A DNA stretch of 43,874 bases from an uncultured Gammaproteobacteria bacterium (GTDB taxonomy: Bacteria; Pseudomonadota; Gammaproteobacteria; CAYNNN01): assembly GCA_964398665.1 (NCBI GenBank), contig CAYNNN010000014.1, positions 1 through 43,874 on the forward strand, written 5' to 3'. The position numbers were made by a program, and so were the translations under genes. The notes below the pieces were generated by a model. That model was not told where the DNA came from. It saw only the letters and a program-made list of their open reading frames with translations, and searched no databases. Positions 1 to 10,241 of the stretch are shown piece by piece; position 1 is the stretch's first letter, and each line of letters opens with the position of its first letter.

Positions 1-1257
1 ATGGCCTTCTTCATTGCCCGCCAGCAGGTTGGATAGGGCCAGGATGGCTTGCAGCGGGGTGCGTAACTCGTGGCTCATATTGGCCAGAAACTCGCTTTTG
101 TAGCGATTGCTCTCCTCCAGTTCCCGTGCCCGTTGCCGGAGCATCTGGGTGGTTTGCTCGTGTGTTTGGGCCAGCCGGGTCAAATCGCTGGCCCAGTTGC
201 GCAATTCCAGGGCCTGGCCCAGCTCGAACCGGACTCCGGTTTCCCCGGCCAGAACCTGACGCAAACCCTCGGTCAGTTGTTGAGTGAATGCGCTGACCCG
301 AAACATCGCCCAGCGCAACAGCACAATGACCACCAGCCCCAGCCCCAGCAACACGCCCAGGGCGTGGAGCCACAAGGTTTGTCGCAGCGCATCCACCTCG
401 CCGACATTGACCGGACGCCCGACCCAGACCCGTCCACTGGCAGTTTCCGTGGCGAGTAACGGCAGCCAGAATACGGCTTTGCCCTGTGCGTCCTGCCAGA
501 GTGCCAGCTTGCCTTGGGCAAAAATTGACTCCAGGCCGGGGTGGTCGGTAAAGGCATTGCCCCTACCGAAGGATGGCAATAAGTAGCGACCATCCTCATA
601 AGCCCAGAGGATGTTCGCAAATGCCTGAGGCAGGCCACCGATGTCCATGAAGGCCAGCACAACTCCGGCAGGGGTTTCGGCATTGTCCAGATAAATCGGT
701 GCGGCAAAGCGGATAATCAGGTGGTCGGGGGCGCCGGGCAAAAAACTGCTCCCCAGACCGACCGGACCGATCAGGACGTTATCCCGGATCAGGGTCAGGG
801 CCTGTTCAAACAGGGCCGAATCAGCAGCAGTCGGGGTGCCGGTTGTCTGGACGGTCAGCGGTGCGCCTAGGTCAGGCCGTTCCAGACGTAACTGCTCGGT
901 ACCCAGGGTATCAAAGTAAGCCAGACGATAGATATCCTGGGGGGTTTTAAGTAGTTGATTAATCCAGTATACAAAACGCTGTTGTTCAATATCGGTGGCC
1001 AGGTCAGCCACACTCTCCTCGTCCCGAAATAGCGTCGGGGGGGGGAGCTTGCTCAAAAAGCGCAGCATTTCCCGCCGTCCGGCCATATATTCATCCAGGT
1101 CGGCAAAACTGGCACGCAGGCTTTGCAGGTGCAGATGGTAAATGACCGCCTGCAAGCGACCCAGAATGGTGGGGACGGTAAAGGTGGCCAGACCCGCCAG
1201 CGGCAACAGGCCCAGGAGCAACAGGACCAGAACGATCTGGGTCCGCAGCCGGAGCAC
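1..1257 (-). CDS. Sensor histidine kinase (N-terminal sensor, TM2, HAMP and H-box present; ATPase domain lies beyond the window edge); partial
   Basis: Reverse complement of 1-78 encodes [26 protein letters not shown], a canonical HisKA H-box. In-frame upstream sequence encodes a TM helix ([11 protein letters not shown]) followed by a HAMP-like segment. The N-terminal TM helix [24 protein letters not shown] starts at GTG 1255-1257, preceded by a GGGAAGG Shine-Dalgarno. The ORF runs off the window start, so it is absent from the six-frame track. Confidence 0.75.
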   Translation of the reverse strand, partial: MLRLRTQIVLVLLLLGLLPLAGLATFTVPTILGRLQAVIYHLHLQSLRASFADLDEYMAGRREMLRFLSKLPPPTLFRDEESVADLATDIEQQRFVYWINQLLKTPQDIYRLAYFDTLGTEQLRLERPDLGAPLTVQTTGTPTAADSALFEQALTLIRDNVLIGPVGLGSSFLPGAPDHLIIRFAAPIYLDNAETPAGVVLAFMDIGGLPQAFANILWAYEDGRYLLPSFGRGNAFTDHPGLESIFAQGKLALWQDAQGKAVFWLPLLATETASGRVWVGRPVNVGEVDALRQTLWLHALGVLLGLGLVVIVLLRWAMFRVSAFTQQLTEGLRQVLAGETGVRFELGQALELRNWASDLTRLAQTHEQTTQMLRQRARELEESNRYKSEFLANMSHELRTPLQAILALSNLLAGNEEGH

Positions 1258-1313
1258 GTTACCTTCCCGGGAACCTGTTACAATCGCAGCTGAGGTACGG
1301 TCTGGGGTAATAC

Positions 1314-2126
1314 ATGCGCAAACTCCAAGGGTTGTTATTGCTGGTGCTGCTGCTGGCGGGTTGTGCCACGCAATTTGTCTATAACCGGCTGGACTGGCTA
1401 CTGACGACTTATCTGGAATATACGCTGGCGCTGGATACGCAGCAAACCACGGTGCTGCGCCAAACCTTGCCGGTGGCACTGAGTACCCACCGCCGGGAGC
1501 AATTGCCACGCTATCAGACGTGGCTGACGCAAGTGCGCCAGGATATTAGCCAGGGCCTGACTGCGCCGCAGATAGACTACCACTATCAAACGGTGCAGAC
1601 TTACTGGCAAACGGCGGTGGGTTTGCTGGCCGAGCCCGTGGCTGCGACCCTGCAGACTGCCAGCGATGCCCAGATTGCGCAATTTCTGGACTGGCTGCGG
1701 GATGCGAAAGTGGAGAATACTCAGGCCCAGGAGCGCCCAGTGCGCCGGGTCAAGCGCCAGCTCAAGCCCTGGCTGGGGAGCTTCACCCCGGAACAGCAGC
1801 GCCTGTTTGCCCGGCATAATGCCCACTTCAATGCCCTGCATGATTTTTACGTGCAAAGTGATGCCCAGTGGCAAATGGCCTTGCGGCAAGCGCTGGAAAC
1901 GCGCCAGCAGCCCGACTTTCGCGTCCGTTTTGCCCGCTTGCTGGCCCGGCCCGATCTGGCACTGACCCCGGCCCAGCAGCAGGAATTGGCCGCCAGTGAG
2001 GCGCTGGTCAAAACCTTGTTGCTGGAACTGGCCTTGACCCTGACGCCTCAGCAGCAAGATTATCTGCTGGAGCAATTGCAACAGTGGGCCGATGACTTTG
2101 CCGAACTCAGCCGCACCCAGGCCTGA
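1314..2126 (+). CDS. Putative lipoprotein (signal peptide with LLAGC lipobox), function unknown
   Basis: 270-aa ORF. N-terminus [20 protein letters not shown] is a type II signal peptide with a lipobox Cys. The rest is Gln/Leu-rich. It is divergent from the histidine kinase. Confidence 0.6.
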   Translation: MRKLQGLLLLVLLLAGCATQFVYNRLDWLLTTYLEYTLALDTQQTTVLRQTLPVALSTHRREQLPRYQTWLTQVRQDISQGLTAPQIDYHYQTVQTYWQTAVGLLAEPVAATLQTASDAQIAQFLDWLRDAKVENTQAQERPVRRVKRQLKPWLGSFTPEQQRLFARHNAHFNALHDFYVQSDAQWQMALRQALETRQQPDFRVRFARLLARPDLALTPAQQQELAASEALVKTLLLELALTLTPQQQDYLLEQLQQWADDFAELSRTQA

Positions 2127-2448
2127 GGCGGGCAGGGCTGGCATCCGAAGACCGCCGCAGCCTCAAGGCTCATCAGGGTGTAGCCTGCCTTGGACTGCCA
2201 TGCCAACGGACACACCAATGCCGCAACCCACACGGTTGGCGATATTCGGCCCAATGAACACCGGCATCGTGTAGATGCTCTGGCCTTGCGCGGGGTCAAT
2301 GTGCAACGGCTTTTTGGTTCCCGGCGGGCCTTGAAGACAGTAGAAGATTTCACCGAATTTGAACAGCGGGCGGCCAGTTCGATCCAGGCAAGGTAAGCCC
2401 CCGGTGCCGACCCGCCACTACTCTGTCAACAGGACGGGTCGGGTCGCA

Positions 2449-4575
2449 TCAGGTTTGGGCTTTGATCAGCAACCACCGATGCAATTGCAAAATTCCCTTT
2501 TGGGCCAGCTCCAGTAACAAGGCCAATTCCTGTTCCATATAAGCATACATGTCCGCAGGCACCAGTTCCCGCAGCCGCTGCTCATGAGTGCGGATGTTGG
2601 TTTGCATGTAGGTGAACGTCTTCGCAAGATCAGCCGAATGATTTTCCTGCTGTATCACGGTGAAGAAAGGTGCCGAACAGGTCTGGATCTGAGGCACGGT
2701 GGTAAAGCCCATCCAGGGTAATGCCTGAGTGAGCCGCTGATATTCTTCCTGATGGCGGGTGCCAGATATGAATTCTGGAACTACATTCAGGGTCTGCAAA
2801 AATAACTTCCCCCCGTCGTGGAGCCGTTGCTTGGCCCAGGCAAAAAAATGACTCAGCCGCAAAACCAGCAGGCCCTCGCGGTTTTCATGCAGATTGGCCA
2901 GGTGAAATAATACCTCGATGGCCGTGATGGCATGAGCCTTGGGGTGATGAGCGCCATGATCCCGTTCAAAATCTTCCCAGCTGGACCAGATGGTTGCCAA
3001 TTGCCGTTGCTGGCAGGCTTCGTGTTCAAACCGGCTAATGGTGATGCCCAGACTGCGCCATTGACGCAACTGGGCCTTGTGGAGCAGGTTGCCTCGACCA
3101 CAACCGACATCGATCAGAAATTCACCCTGAGCCAGATTCAGGGTATCCAGCGCATAACGATCTCGGTCCTCCCAGGCTTGGCGTGCAGCGTTACCGTCTC
3201 CAAACAGCGCGGTGGAATAGGTGCCAAAATCCCCTAGTACCAGGCGTTCGGCTTCAATGGGTACCTGGGTGTACTCCGCCTGCTTCATACGACTTTTACG
3301 GGCATTTTCCACCATGTCAAATTCGGGGTCCAGGCTGTAGAGATAACCTTCGACGGTGACCAGGGTCAGGAAGATCTTGGCATAATTGGCCATCAATCGA
3401 AGTTTGAAGCGATACATTATGCGGATCAGTTGATTGAACATGACGGAAAAATTTGGTTTTCCGCCAGATTGGGCATATTGCGCGTGGATCACGGCATGGG
3501 CTTCTGCCTGTACCTGAGTGCGGCTGCTCTCATCCAGGGGCTTGCCGTGCTGGGGTTCAACAAAATATTGGATGAAGTAGCGGGTGGCAAAATCGTAATG
3601 ACCTTCCACCAACGACAGGTAGAAGGTCATGACATGGGTGCGTTCCAGTTGGGAAAACTGATGGGCCAAGCCCAGGTCAATCAGGACAATGTTGCCGGGT
3701 TGGTCCCAGAAAAAGTTGCCCGGATGCAGGTCGGCATGGCACAACCCCTTGATGAATACCATCGTGTCCAGGAGGTGATCGATCCGGCTGGCCAGCTGCT
3801 TGCCGCTCAGGGGCAAAGTCTGCCAGGCGTAGGGTGCGACTGCATCAATGAACTCCAGCACCAGCACCTCGGCACTACTCAGGGATTCATATACCTTGGG
3901 CAGACGAATCCAGGGATGTTGGGCGTAACTGGCATTGAACCGGCGATAATTTGCGACTTCATGACGCAAATCTGTCTGAGTAAGCATCAATTCCCTGATT
4001 TCATGCAGCATCCCGCGCACCCCCATTGCCCTGACCCTGGCTGAGAATTCGACTAAAAACAGCAGGCCATACAGCAAAGTGAAATTTGCTTCGATCCGTG
4101 TCCGCACGCCTGGGCGCAACACTTTGACTGCTACCCGTTCACCGCTGGTCAGGTGTGCCTGGTACACCTGCGCCACGCAGCCACAGGCAATGGGTTGTGT
4201 CGGCATCTGGGCAAAGATCGGTGCTGCACCCGGGGGGAAGCTACGCGCCAGCACGGCCTGCATCCGCGTCGGGGCTTCGGGCTGGACTTGTTCGCGCAAC
4301 TCGCTGAGCGCAGCGATCAGGTCAGGTGCCAGCAAATCGCTCCGGGTACTCAAGACCTGGCCGATTTTGACATATACCGGCCCCAAGGTTTGCAAGGCAT
4401 CCCGCACGCTCGCCCCGGTGGCATGTCTGATGACCCAGCGTCGCCAGCCCAATACCACCAGTACGGCCAGCAGGCGCCCGGTTTCAGTGAATATGGCGTA
4501 ACCCACCTGGATCGAGATCTGGATCGAGCGAATCATTGAACCTGCCTGCGATGCTTGAAGGATGTAGGTTTCCAA
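2449..4575 (-). CDS. ABC1/UbiB-family atypical kinase fused to a C-terminal CFA-synthase-like SAM-dependent methyltransferase
   Basis: 708-aa ORF. The N-terminal half carries UbiB/ABC1 signatures (LQTLGPVYVKIGQVLSTRSDLLAPD; HADLHPGNFF; an ...IDLGL... segment). The C-terminal ~230 aa have the SAM motif I (FLIDVGCGRGNLL) and the SLGITISRFEHEACQQ / GGKLFLQTL blocks that align to cyclopropane-fatty-acyl-phospholipid synthase family methyltransferases. Confidence 0.7.
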   Translation of the reverse strand: METYILQASQAGSMIRSIQISIQVGYAIFTETGRLLAVLVVLGWRRWVIRHATGASVRDALQTLGPVYVKIGQVLSTRSDLLAPDLIAALSELREQVQPEAPTRMQAVLARSFPPGAAPIFAQMPTQPIACGCVAQVYQAHLTSGERVAVKVLRPGVRTRIEANFTLLYGLLFLVEFSARVRAMGVRGMLHEIRELMLTQTDLRHEVANYRRFNASYAQHPWIRLPKVYESLSSAEVLVLEFIDAVAPYAWQTLPLSGKQLASRIDHLLDTMVFIKGLCHADLHPGNFFWDQPGNIVLIDLGLAHQFSQLERTHVMTFYLSLVEGHYDFATRYFIQYFVEPQHGKPLDESSRTQVQAEAHAVIHAQYAQSGGKPNFSVMFNQLIRIMYRFKLRLMANYAKIFLTLVTVEGYLYSLDPEFDMVENARKSRMKQAEYTQVPIEAERLVLGDFGTYSTALFGDGNAARQAWEDRDRYALDTLNLAQGEFLIDVGCGRGNLLHKAQLRQWRSLGITISRFEHEACQQRQLATIWSSWEDFERDHGAHHPKAHAITAIEVLFHLANLHENREGLLVLRLSHFFAWAKQRLHDGGKLFLQTLNVVPEFISGTRHQEEYQRLTQALPWMGFTTVPQIQTCSAPFFTVIQQENHSADLAKTFTYMQTNIRTHEQRLRELVPADMYAYMEQELALLLELAQKGILQLHRWLLIKAQT

Positions 4576-4725
4576 GCATAGCCTTTATCTGGAAAGATGA
4601 TTGCTTATATATACTTAAATAAAATGCGGTAATAACCGGGCAGGCAGTGGCTGGCCGTTTGGGTGTGCGGTTCTGGCACTGGTGCCCGTTGCGTTTTGGC
4701 GGCGCAATTTTGCTACTATAGCCCC

Positions 4726-6969
4726 ATGAAACTTCACCGCTACGCCTGTTGTTTGCTGCTGTGCCCGTTGCCCCCGACGGCTATTGGGGCCGGACCCACC
4801 GAATTTTCCGCCAGTACCTGGCGCCTGTGTGCGCCCCCCCCGACCTGGGTGCAGCAGTTGCAGCCCGGTGTGGTGGATACCCTGGCCCGTCAGCAGCGCC
4901 CGCTGGAAGTCAGCGCGGCGGAACTGGACGGCGAACTGGAACAGCAGGCCCGATTCAGCGGGGACGTAACCCTGCAGCGGGCAGACCAGCGGCTACAAGC
5001 CCCGACGCTGGATTATGATCAGCCGCAACGTCGGGTGCTGGCCTCGGGCGGGGTTTATTACGGGGCGGCCGATATCGAGTTGCGCGCTGAACGCCTGGAA
5101 CTGGAACTGGAGCAGGATCGTGGCACTGTGACCGGGGCCGAATATTGGCTACCCCGACGCCACGGGCTGGGCAGTGCAGCCACCATCCACCTGCGCGATG
5201 CCGAGCACACGGATTATGAACAGGTGCGCTATACCACCTGCACGCCCGATGCCCAGAGCTGGCACCTGACGGCGGCCACCTTGCAACTGGACGAGACGAC
5301 CCAGATCGGGGTGGCCCGTGATACCACCCTGCATCTGTTTGGCGCCCCGGTGCTGTATCTGCCTTATTTTTCTTTCCCCCTGTCCAGCCAGCGCAAATCC
5401 GGATTTTTACTGCCGGATATTGCCAGTACGGAAAGCACCGGCCTGGATGTCAGCCTGCCGTACTACTGGAATCTGGCGCCCAACTATGACCTGACCCTGA
5501 CGCCTCGGCTGATGAGCGACCGGGGCGCGCTGCTGGGGCTGGAAGGCCGTTATCTGCTGCCTACCCAGCAAGGCCTGGCCCAACTGGAATATCTGCCTCA
5601 GGATAGCGAGCGGGAGCAGGCGCGCAGTCGCATTTCGCTGCGTCAGGGGGGGGCGTGGACGGCAGGGCTGCGTTCCGAAGTGGTTCTGGATTATGCCTCC
5701 GACCGTGACTATTTCCGTGACCTGGGCAATGCACCGGAGGTCGTCAGTACCCAGCATCTGGAGCAGCGCGCCGATGTGGTGCTGCAAGGCGGTCCCTGGA
5801 CCCTGCTGGGTCGGGTCCAATCCTTCCAGACCCTGGACCCGGATATCAGCCGCAGCAATCGGCCCTACCGGCGTCTGCCCCAGTTGCTGGGCAATTATCG
5901 TCAGCCGGATCTGGGCGGCTTCGATCTGGGGATGCAGGCGGAATATGTTTATTTTGATCATCCGGACAATCTCACCGGGAGCCGGATGGATCTGTTGCCC
6001 AGCGTGAGTTTTCTGGGTTGGCAAAAACCCTGGGGTTACGCCACGCCCAAACTCAGTTATCGTCTGACCCGCTATGACCTGGACGAACGTGGTGGCCATC
6101 CGCTCAGCAACACCCAGCCGGAACGCCAGTTGCCCCTGGCCAGCCTGGATGCCGGGTTATGGTTTGAACGCCCGAGTACCTGGTTTGGCCATGCGGTGAC
6201 CCAGACCCTGGAGCCTCGGCTGTATTATCTGTACGTACCCCAGCAGGATCAGGATGATCTGCCCAATTTCGACAGCGCAGCGCTGGATTTCAGCTTTGCC
6301 CAGCTGTTTCGGGAAAATCGCTTCAGCGGCAATGATCGTTGGGCCGACGCCAACCAGTTGACCCTGGCCCTGACTTCACGCTGGCTGGCCGATACGGACG
6401 GGGCCGAGCTGGCGCGGGTCAGCGCCGGGCGCATCCTGTATTTTGAAGACCGCACCGTAACCTTGCCGGGACAATTGCCCGAGGCCGAATCAGCCTCTGC
6501 CTGGGTGACGGAACTGGGCACCCGCTGGGGGAAAGGCTGGTCGGCGCGGGCCACCGTGCAGTGGGACAGTGAGGCGCAGAATGCCGAGCAATCGGTGCTG
6601 CAACTGCACTATCAGCCGGACCGGCGCCGGATTCTCAATCTGGCCTATCGCCTGCGTGAGGATGAACTGGAGCAGACGGATGTTTCCTGGAGCTGGCAGG
6701 TAGACGCCCGCTGGCAGGTGATCGGGCGCTGGAATTATGCCCTTGATGAAGGTCGTTCCCTGGAAACCCTGGGTGGCTTTGAATATGAGAGCTGCTGCTG
6801 GATTTTACGGGCTTTTGCCAGCCGTTATGTCGCAGATGGGGAAACGGAACCCAGCCACACCCTGGGACTACAACTGGAACTCAAGGGGCTGACCAGTTTC
6901 GGCCAGTCGTTCAACGAACGGCTGCAACAACGTATTTTAGGTTATGGAACAGAAGACTATGCGTTTTAG
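4726..6969 (+). CDS. lptD: LPS-assembly outer membrane protein LptD (OstA/Imp)
   Basis: Signal peptide MKLHRYACCLLLCPLPPTAIGA. Conserved LptD blocks are present (RKSGFLLPDIASTESTGLDVSLPYYWNLAPNYDLTLTPR). Synteny with surA-pdxA-rsmA matches the E. coli arrangement. The track ORF begins at GTG 4663, but the in-frame ATG at 4726 carries the signal peptide. Confidence 0.85.
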   Translation: MKLHRYACCLLLCPLPPTAIGAGPTEFSASTWRLCAPPPTWVQQLQPGVVDTLARQQRPLEVSAAELDGELEQQARFSGDVTLQRADQRLQAPTLDYDQPQRRVLASGGVYYGAADIELRAERLELELEQDRGTVTGAEYWLPRRHGLGSAATIHLRDAEHTDYEQVRYTTCTPDAQSWHLTAATLQLDETTQIGVARDTTLHLFGAPVLYLPYFSFPLSSQRKSGFLLPDIASTESTGLDVSLPYYWNLAPNYDLTLTPRLMSDRGALLGLEGRYLLPTQQGLAQLEYLPQDSEREQARSRISLRQGGAWTAGLRSEVVLDYASDRDYFRDLGNAPEVVSTQHLEQRADVVLQGGPWTLLGRVQSFQTLDPDISRSNRPYRRLPQLLGNYRQPDLGGFDLGMQAEYVYFDHPDNLTGSRMDLLPSVSFLGWQKPWGYATPKLSYRLTRYDLDERGGHPLSNTQPERQLPLASLDAGLWFERPSTWFGHAVTQTLEPRLYYLYVPQQDQDDLPNFDSAALDFSFAQLFRENRFSGNDRWADANQLTLALTSRWLADTDGAELARVSAGRILYFEDRTVTLPGQLPEAESASAWVTELGTRWGKGWSARATVQWDSEAQNAEQSVLQLHYQPDRRRILNLAYRLREDELEQTDVSWSWQVDARWQVIGRWNYALDEGRSLETLGGFEYESCCWILRAFASRYVADGETEPSHTLGLQLELKGLTSFGQSFNERLQQRILGYGTEDYAF

Positions 6970-8236
6970 AACTTGGCTTGTCGCCGGCCTGCTGGCCGGA
7001 GCCACATTGGTTGCCAGCGGCGCTGAACTACTTGACCGGGTTCTGGTGACGGTCAACGATGATGTGATTTTGCAAAGCGAGCTGGAGCAGGCGGTGCAGA
7101 ACGCAGTTTTGCAGTTGCGGGAACGCAATGCGCCTTTGCCACCCACGGAAGCCCTGGCCCGGCAGGTGCTGGAGCGCCTGATTCAACGGCGCCTGCAAGT
7201 GCAGAAAGCAGCGCAGTTGGGTATCAAGGTGGAGGACGACGCCGTAAACAGCGCCTTGCGCGGCATTGCCCAAAATAACCGGGTCAGCCTGGAGCAGATG
7301 CGGGAAATTCTGGCCCGTGACGGGGTGGATTTTACCGCATTTCGGGATAATCTCCGTGAAGAGTTAATCCTGGGCAAATTACAAAAACAGCAGGTGGAAC
7401 GGGTGCAAGTCACCCCTCAGGAAATTGACGGTTACCTGGCCAGTCGCCCGGAATTGCTCAGCAGTCAGCAGGAATATCGCTTGCAGCACATCCTGATCAG
7501 CGTCCCGGAAGGTGCGACCCCCGAGGCGTTGCGGGCCGCCCAGACCAAAGCGGATACCGCCCTGCAACAACTGCGGGGCGGGCAGGAATTTGCCACAGTG
7601 GCTGCCGGGGTTTCCGAAGGCCAGCAGGCGCTGGAAGGCGGGGATTTGGGCTTTCGGGCCCTGAATCAGTTACCCAGTCTGTTTGTGGACGAAGTGAAAA
7701 CCATGCAGGTGGGGGAATTGCGTGGGCCATTGCGCAATGCCAGCGGCCTGCATTTGATTCGGCTGGCCGAAGTGCGCCAGGCTGGGCAGACCACAGTCAA
7801 TCAGACCCGAGTTCGGCATATCCTGCTGGGGACGGAAAAGCAGAGCGCCGCTGAAGCCCAACGCAAGTTGGCTCAGGCCCGTCAGGCACTGGGCAGTGGC
7901 GCTGACTTTGCCCAACTGGCGCGTCAGTTGTCTGAGGATCAGGGGAGTGCCAGCCGAGGTGGCGAGCTGGGTTGGGTCAGTCCGGGTGAACTGGTGCCCG
8001 AATTTGAGCGGGCAATGGATGCGTTGGCCGTCAACGGCCTGAGTGAGCCAGTGCAGACCCCGTTTGGCTGGCATCTGATCCAGGTGCTGGAACGGCGGAC
8101 GCAGGCCAATGACAGTGAGGCACGCAAGACGCGGGCGCGGGCCGAGTTGCGCAAGCGCAAGGCTGAAGAAGAACTGGAGCTGTGGCAGCGGCGCCTGCGG
8201 GAAGAAGCCTATATTGAAATCCACTCGGCCTCATGA
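6959..8236 (+). CDS. surA: Periplasmic chaperone / peptidyl-prolyl isomerase SurA
   Basis: Signal peptide [22 protein letters not shown]. Two parvulin-type PPIase domains. Position between lptD and pdxA. Start overlaps the lptD stop by 11 nt. Confidence 0.85.
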   Translation: MRFRTWLVAGLLAGATLVASGAELLDRVLVTVNDDVILQSELEQAVQNAVLQLRERNAPLPPTEALARQVLERLIQRRLQVQKAAQLGIKVEDDAVNSALRGIAQNNRVSLEQMREILARDGVDFTAFRDNLREELILGKLQKQQVERVQVTPQEIDGYLASRPELLSSQQEYRLQHILISVPEGATPEALRAAQTKADTALQQLRGGQEFATVAAGVSEGQQALEGGDLGFRALNQLPSLFVDEVKTMQVGELRGPLRNASGLHLIRLAEVRQAGQTTVNQTRVRHILLGTEKQSAAEAQRKLAQARQALGSGADFAQLARQLSEDQGSASRGGELGWVSPGELVPEFERAMDALAVNGLSEPVQTPFGWHLIQVLERRTQANDSEARKTRARAELRKRKAEEELELWQRRLREEAYIEIHSAS

Positions 8237-9213
8237 ATCTGCGCATTGTGCTGACACCGGGCGAACCAGCGGGTATCGGCCCGGATTTGAGTGTGCAGCT
8301 GGCCCAGCAGGATCTGCCCGTCGAGCTGGTTGCCGTGGCAGACCCGGACTTGCTGGCGCAGCGGGCGGCACAACTGGGCTTGCCCCTGCGTCTGGAAGCA
8401 GTCGCCTGGCAGCAGGCCCCACAGGCATCTGTGGCCGGGCAATTGCGTTACGCGCCAGTCGCCTTGTCGGCCCCGGTGCAGGCCGGGACATTGAATCCCG
8501 CCAATGCGGCCTATGTGCTGGAAACTTTGCGCGTGGCGGCCCAGGCCTGTTTGGGCGGGCGGGCAGCAGCCCTGGTCACCGGCCCGGTGCATAAGGGCGT
8601 GATCAATGCGGCCGGGGTCCGGTTCAGTGGTCATACCGAATTTCTTGCCGAGCTATGCCATACGGACGAAGTGGTGATGATGCTGGCCACGCCCGGCTTG
8701 CGGGTGGCGCTGGTCACCACCCATCTGCCATTGGCGGCAGTGAGCGCGGCCCTGACGCCGGCTTTGCTGGCGCGGGTGCTGCGGGTTTTGCACCGTGACT
8801 TGCAGCAGCGCTTTCGGCTACCCAAGCCCCGAATTGCAGTGTGTGGCCTGAATCCCCATGCTGGCGAGGGCGGGCACCTTGGGCGGGAGGAAATCGAAGT
8901 CATGCAGCCGGTGCTGAGTCAGCTGCGCGCCGAAGGGATGCAGTTGCTGGGACCGCTGCCTGCCGATACCGCTTTTACCCCACAGCACCTGGCCGCGTGT
9001 GATGTGGTCCTGACGATGTATCACGACCAGGGGTTGCCTGTGCTGAAGCATTTGGGGTTTGGCCAGGCCATCAACATCAGCCTGGGGCTGCCCCTGATCC
9101 GGACTTCAGTGGACCACGGGACCGCGCTGGATTTGGCCGGGACCGGTACGGCTGATGGCGGCAGTCTTCGGGCCGCTCTGCAATTGGCCATCGAACTGGC
9201 GCACGGTGGCTAA
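8233..9213 (+). CDS. pdxA: 4-hydroxythreonine-4-phosphate dehydrogenase PdxA
   Basis: 326 aa. N-terminus [19 protein letters not shown]. Conserved PdxA blocks ([25 protein letters not shown]). ATGA overlap with surA. Confidence 0.85.
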   Translation: MNLRIVLTPGEPAGIGPDLSVQLAQQDLPVELVAVADPDLLAQRAAQLGLPLRLEAVAWQQAPQASVAGQLRYAPVALSAPVQAGTLNPANAAYVLETLRVAAQACLGGRAAALVTGPVHKGVINAAGVRFSGHTEFLAELCHTDEVVMMLATPGLRVALVTTHLPLAAVSAALTPALLARVLRVLHRDLQQRFRLPKPRIAVCGLNPHAGEGGHLGREEIEVMQPVLSQLRAEGMQLLGPLPADTAFTPQHLAACDVVLTMYHDQGLPVLKHLGFGQAINISLGLPLIRTSVDHGTALDLAGTGTADGGSLRAALQLAIELAHGG

Positions 9214-10003
9214 TTACCCCGCACCCCGCAAGCGGTTTGGGCAAAATTTCCTGCATCAGCCGCAGGTTATCGCCCGTATCATCGCAGCGGTCAATCCGCA
9301 GCCCGGTCAGGCCCTGGCCGAAATCGGCCCCGGCCAGGGCAGCCTGACCGTGCCACTGCTCCAGGCAGCGGGGCAACTGGTTGCCGTGGAGCTGGATCGC
9401 GATTTGCTCGCCCCGCTGCAAGCCAAATGCGCCGGGCGGGGGAACCTGACGCTGTATCAGGCGGATGCCGCGCAGTTCGACTGGGCTGGGCTGGCCTCCG
9501 GCGTCCGTTGGCGGGTGGTGGGCAATCTGCCCTATAACGCGGCGACCGCGATCATGTTCAACTGCCTACAGCAGCGGGAACACATCCTGGACATGCACTT
9601 CATGGTGCAAAAGGAAGTGGCCCTGCGTATGGCGGCCTGTGCCGGCGCTGCCTACGGGCGCTTGTCCGTGATGGTGCAGGCGGTAGCGCAAGTGGAATTG
9701 CTGTTTCATGTCGCACCGGGGGCCTTCTTTCCCGCCCCGCAAGTCGATTCCAGCATCGTGCGCCTGACGCCGCTAGCACAACCTTGGGTGGCTGCGACGC
9801 AGATGCCCCACTTTGCCCAACTGGTGAGCGCGGCTTTTGCCCAGCGCCGGAAAACCTTGCGCAATGCCTTGGCTGGACATTGCACGCCGGAGCAACTCGA
9901 AGCAGCGGGGCTGAACCCCGGCCTGCGGGCCGAACAGGTGCCCTTGGCCGCTTATGTGGCCCTGCTGGCTACACGAACGGCGGGTGAAAAAGCTCCGGAT
10001 TGA
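9206..10003 (+). CDS. rsmA: 16S rRNA (adenine1518/1519-N6)-dimethyltransferase RsmA/KsgA
   Basis: Conserved N-terminal KRFGQNFL motif plus SAM-binding blocks. Position after pdxA. The track ORF starts at 9155 inside pdxA. GTG 9206 (overlapping the pdxA stop, GTGGCTAA) gives an N-terminal length similar to E. coli KsgA, so the start is uncertain by about 17 codons. Confidence 0.8.
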   Translation: MANYPAPRKRFGQNFLHQPQVIARIIAAVNPQPGQALAEIGPGQGSLTVPLLQAAGQLVAVELDRDLLAPLQAKCAGRGNLTLYQADAAQFDWAGLASGVRWRVVGNLPYNAATAIMFNCLQQREHILDMHFMVQKEVALRMAACAGAAYGRLSVMVQAVAQVELLFHVAPGAFFPAPQVDSSIVRLTPLAQPWVAATQMPHFAQLVSAAFAQRRKTLRNALAGHCTPEQLEAAGLNPGLRAEQVPLAAYVALLATRTAGEKAPD

Positions 10004-10241
10004 GTTCAAGTTGGCACTGAGCAGCGCATCCAGTCCTGAGGGCGTAGGGCCAGGTGGAGCTAGACGTTACTGTATCTCGTTTCCTGCTTGCATGGAGCAT
10101 TGCAGGGTGGTCTATGGTGCGCCCATCTGGTAGGCTCTCAACGATCTTTATCGACTTTGAAATGCAACACCCGAGCGCCAATGCCATGATTACCGCTGGC
10201 GCGGACGAAGACAAGATGAGCGATTCGACAGGAAACCAAAA

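Noticed and set aside
70-707. Several 100-144-aa ORFs (70-459 +, 273-707 -, 284-586 +, 11-373 -) at the left edge
   Set aside because: They overlap or run antisense to the histidine-kinase coding frame, whose H-box, HAMP and TM segments read cleanly on the minus strand. They are typical high-GC spurious ORFs.
1398-2144. 248-aa minus-strand ORF antisense to the lipoprotein gene
   Set aside because: Fully overlaps the plus-strand lipoprotein ORF, which has a convincing signal peptide and lipobox. It is Arg/Gly/Leu-rich, the composition expected from GC-rich antisense.
2250-2354. Possible 34-aa Gly-zipper-like small ORF (MPVFIGPNIANRVGCGIGVSVGMAVQGRLHPDEP) on the minus strand between the lipoprotein and ABC1-kinase genes
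   Set aside because: No Shine-Dalgarno sequence, no canonical start for the longer open frame, and it is overlapped by equally plausible spurious ORFs. There is not enough evidence to call it.
5407-6099. 230-aa minus-strand ORF and other ORFs (5149-5334, 5693-6007, 6249-6554) within lptD
   Set aside because: Internal or antisense to the well-supported lptD frame.
7028-8634. Multiple ORFs (7670-8224 -, 8109-8594 +, 8209-8634 -) overlapping surA/pdxA
   Set aside because: Antisense or out-of-frame to the conserved surA and pdxA genes. Ala/Arg/Gly-rich composition.
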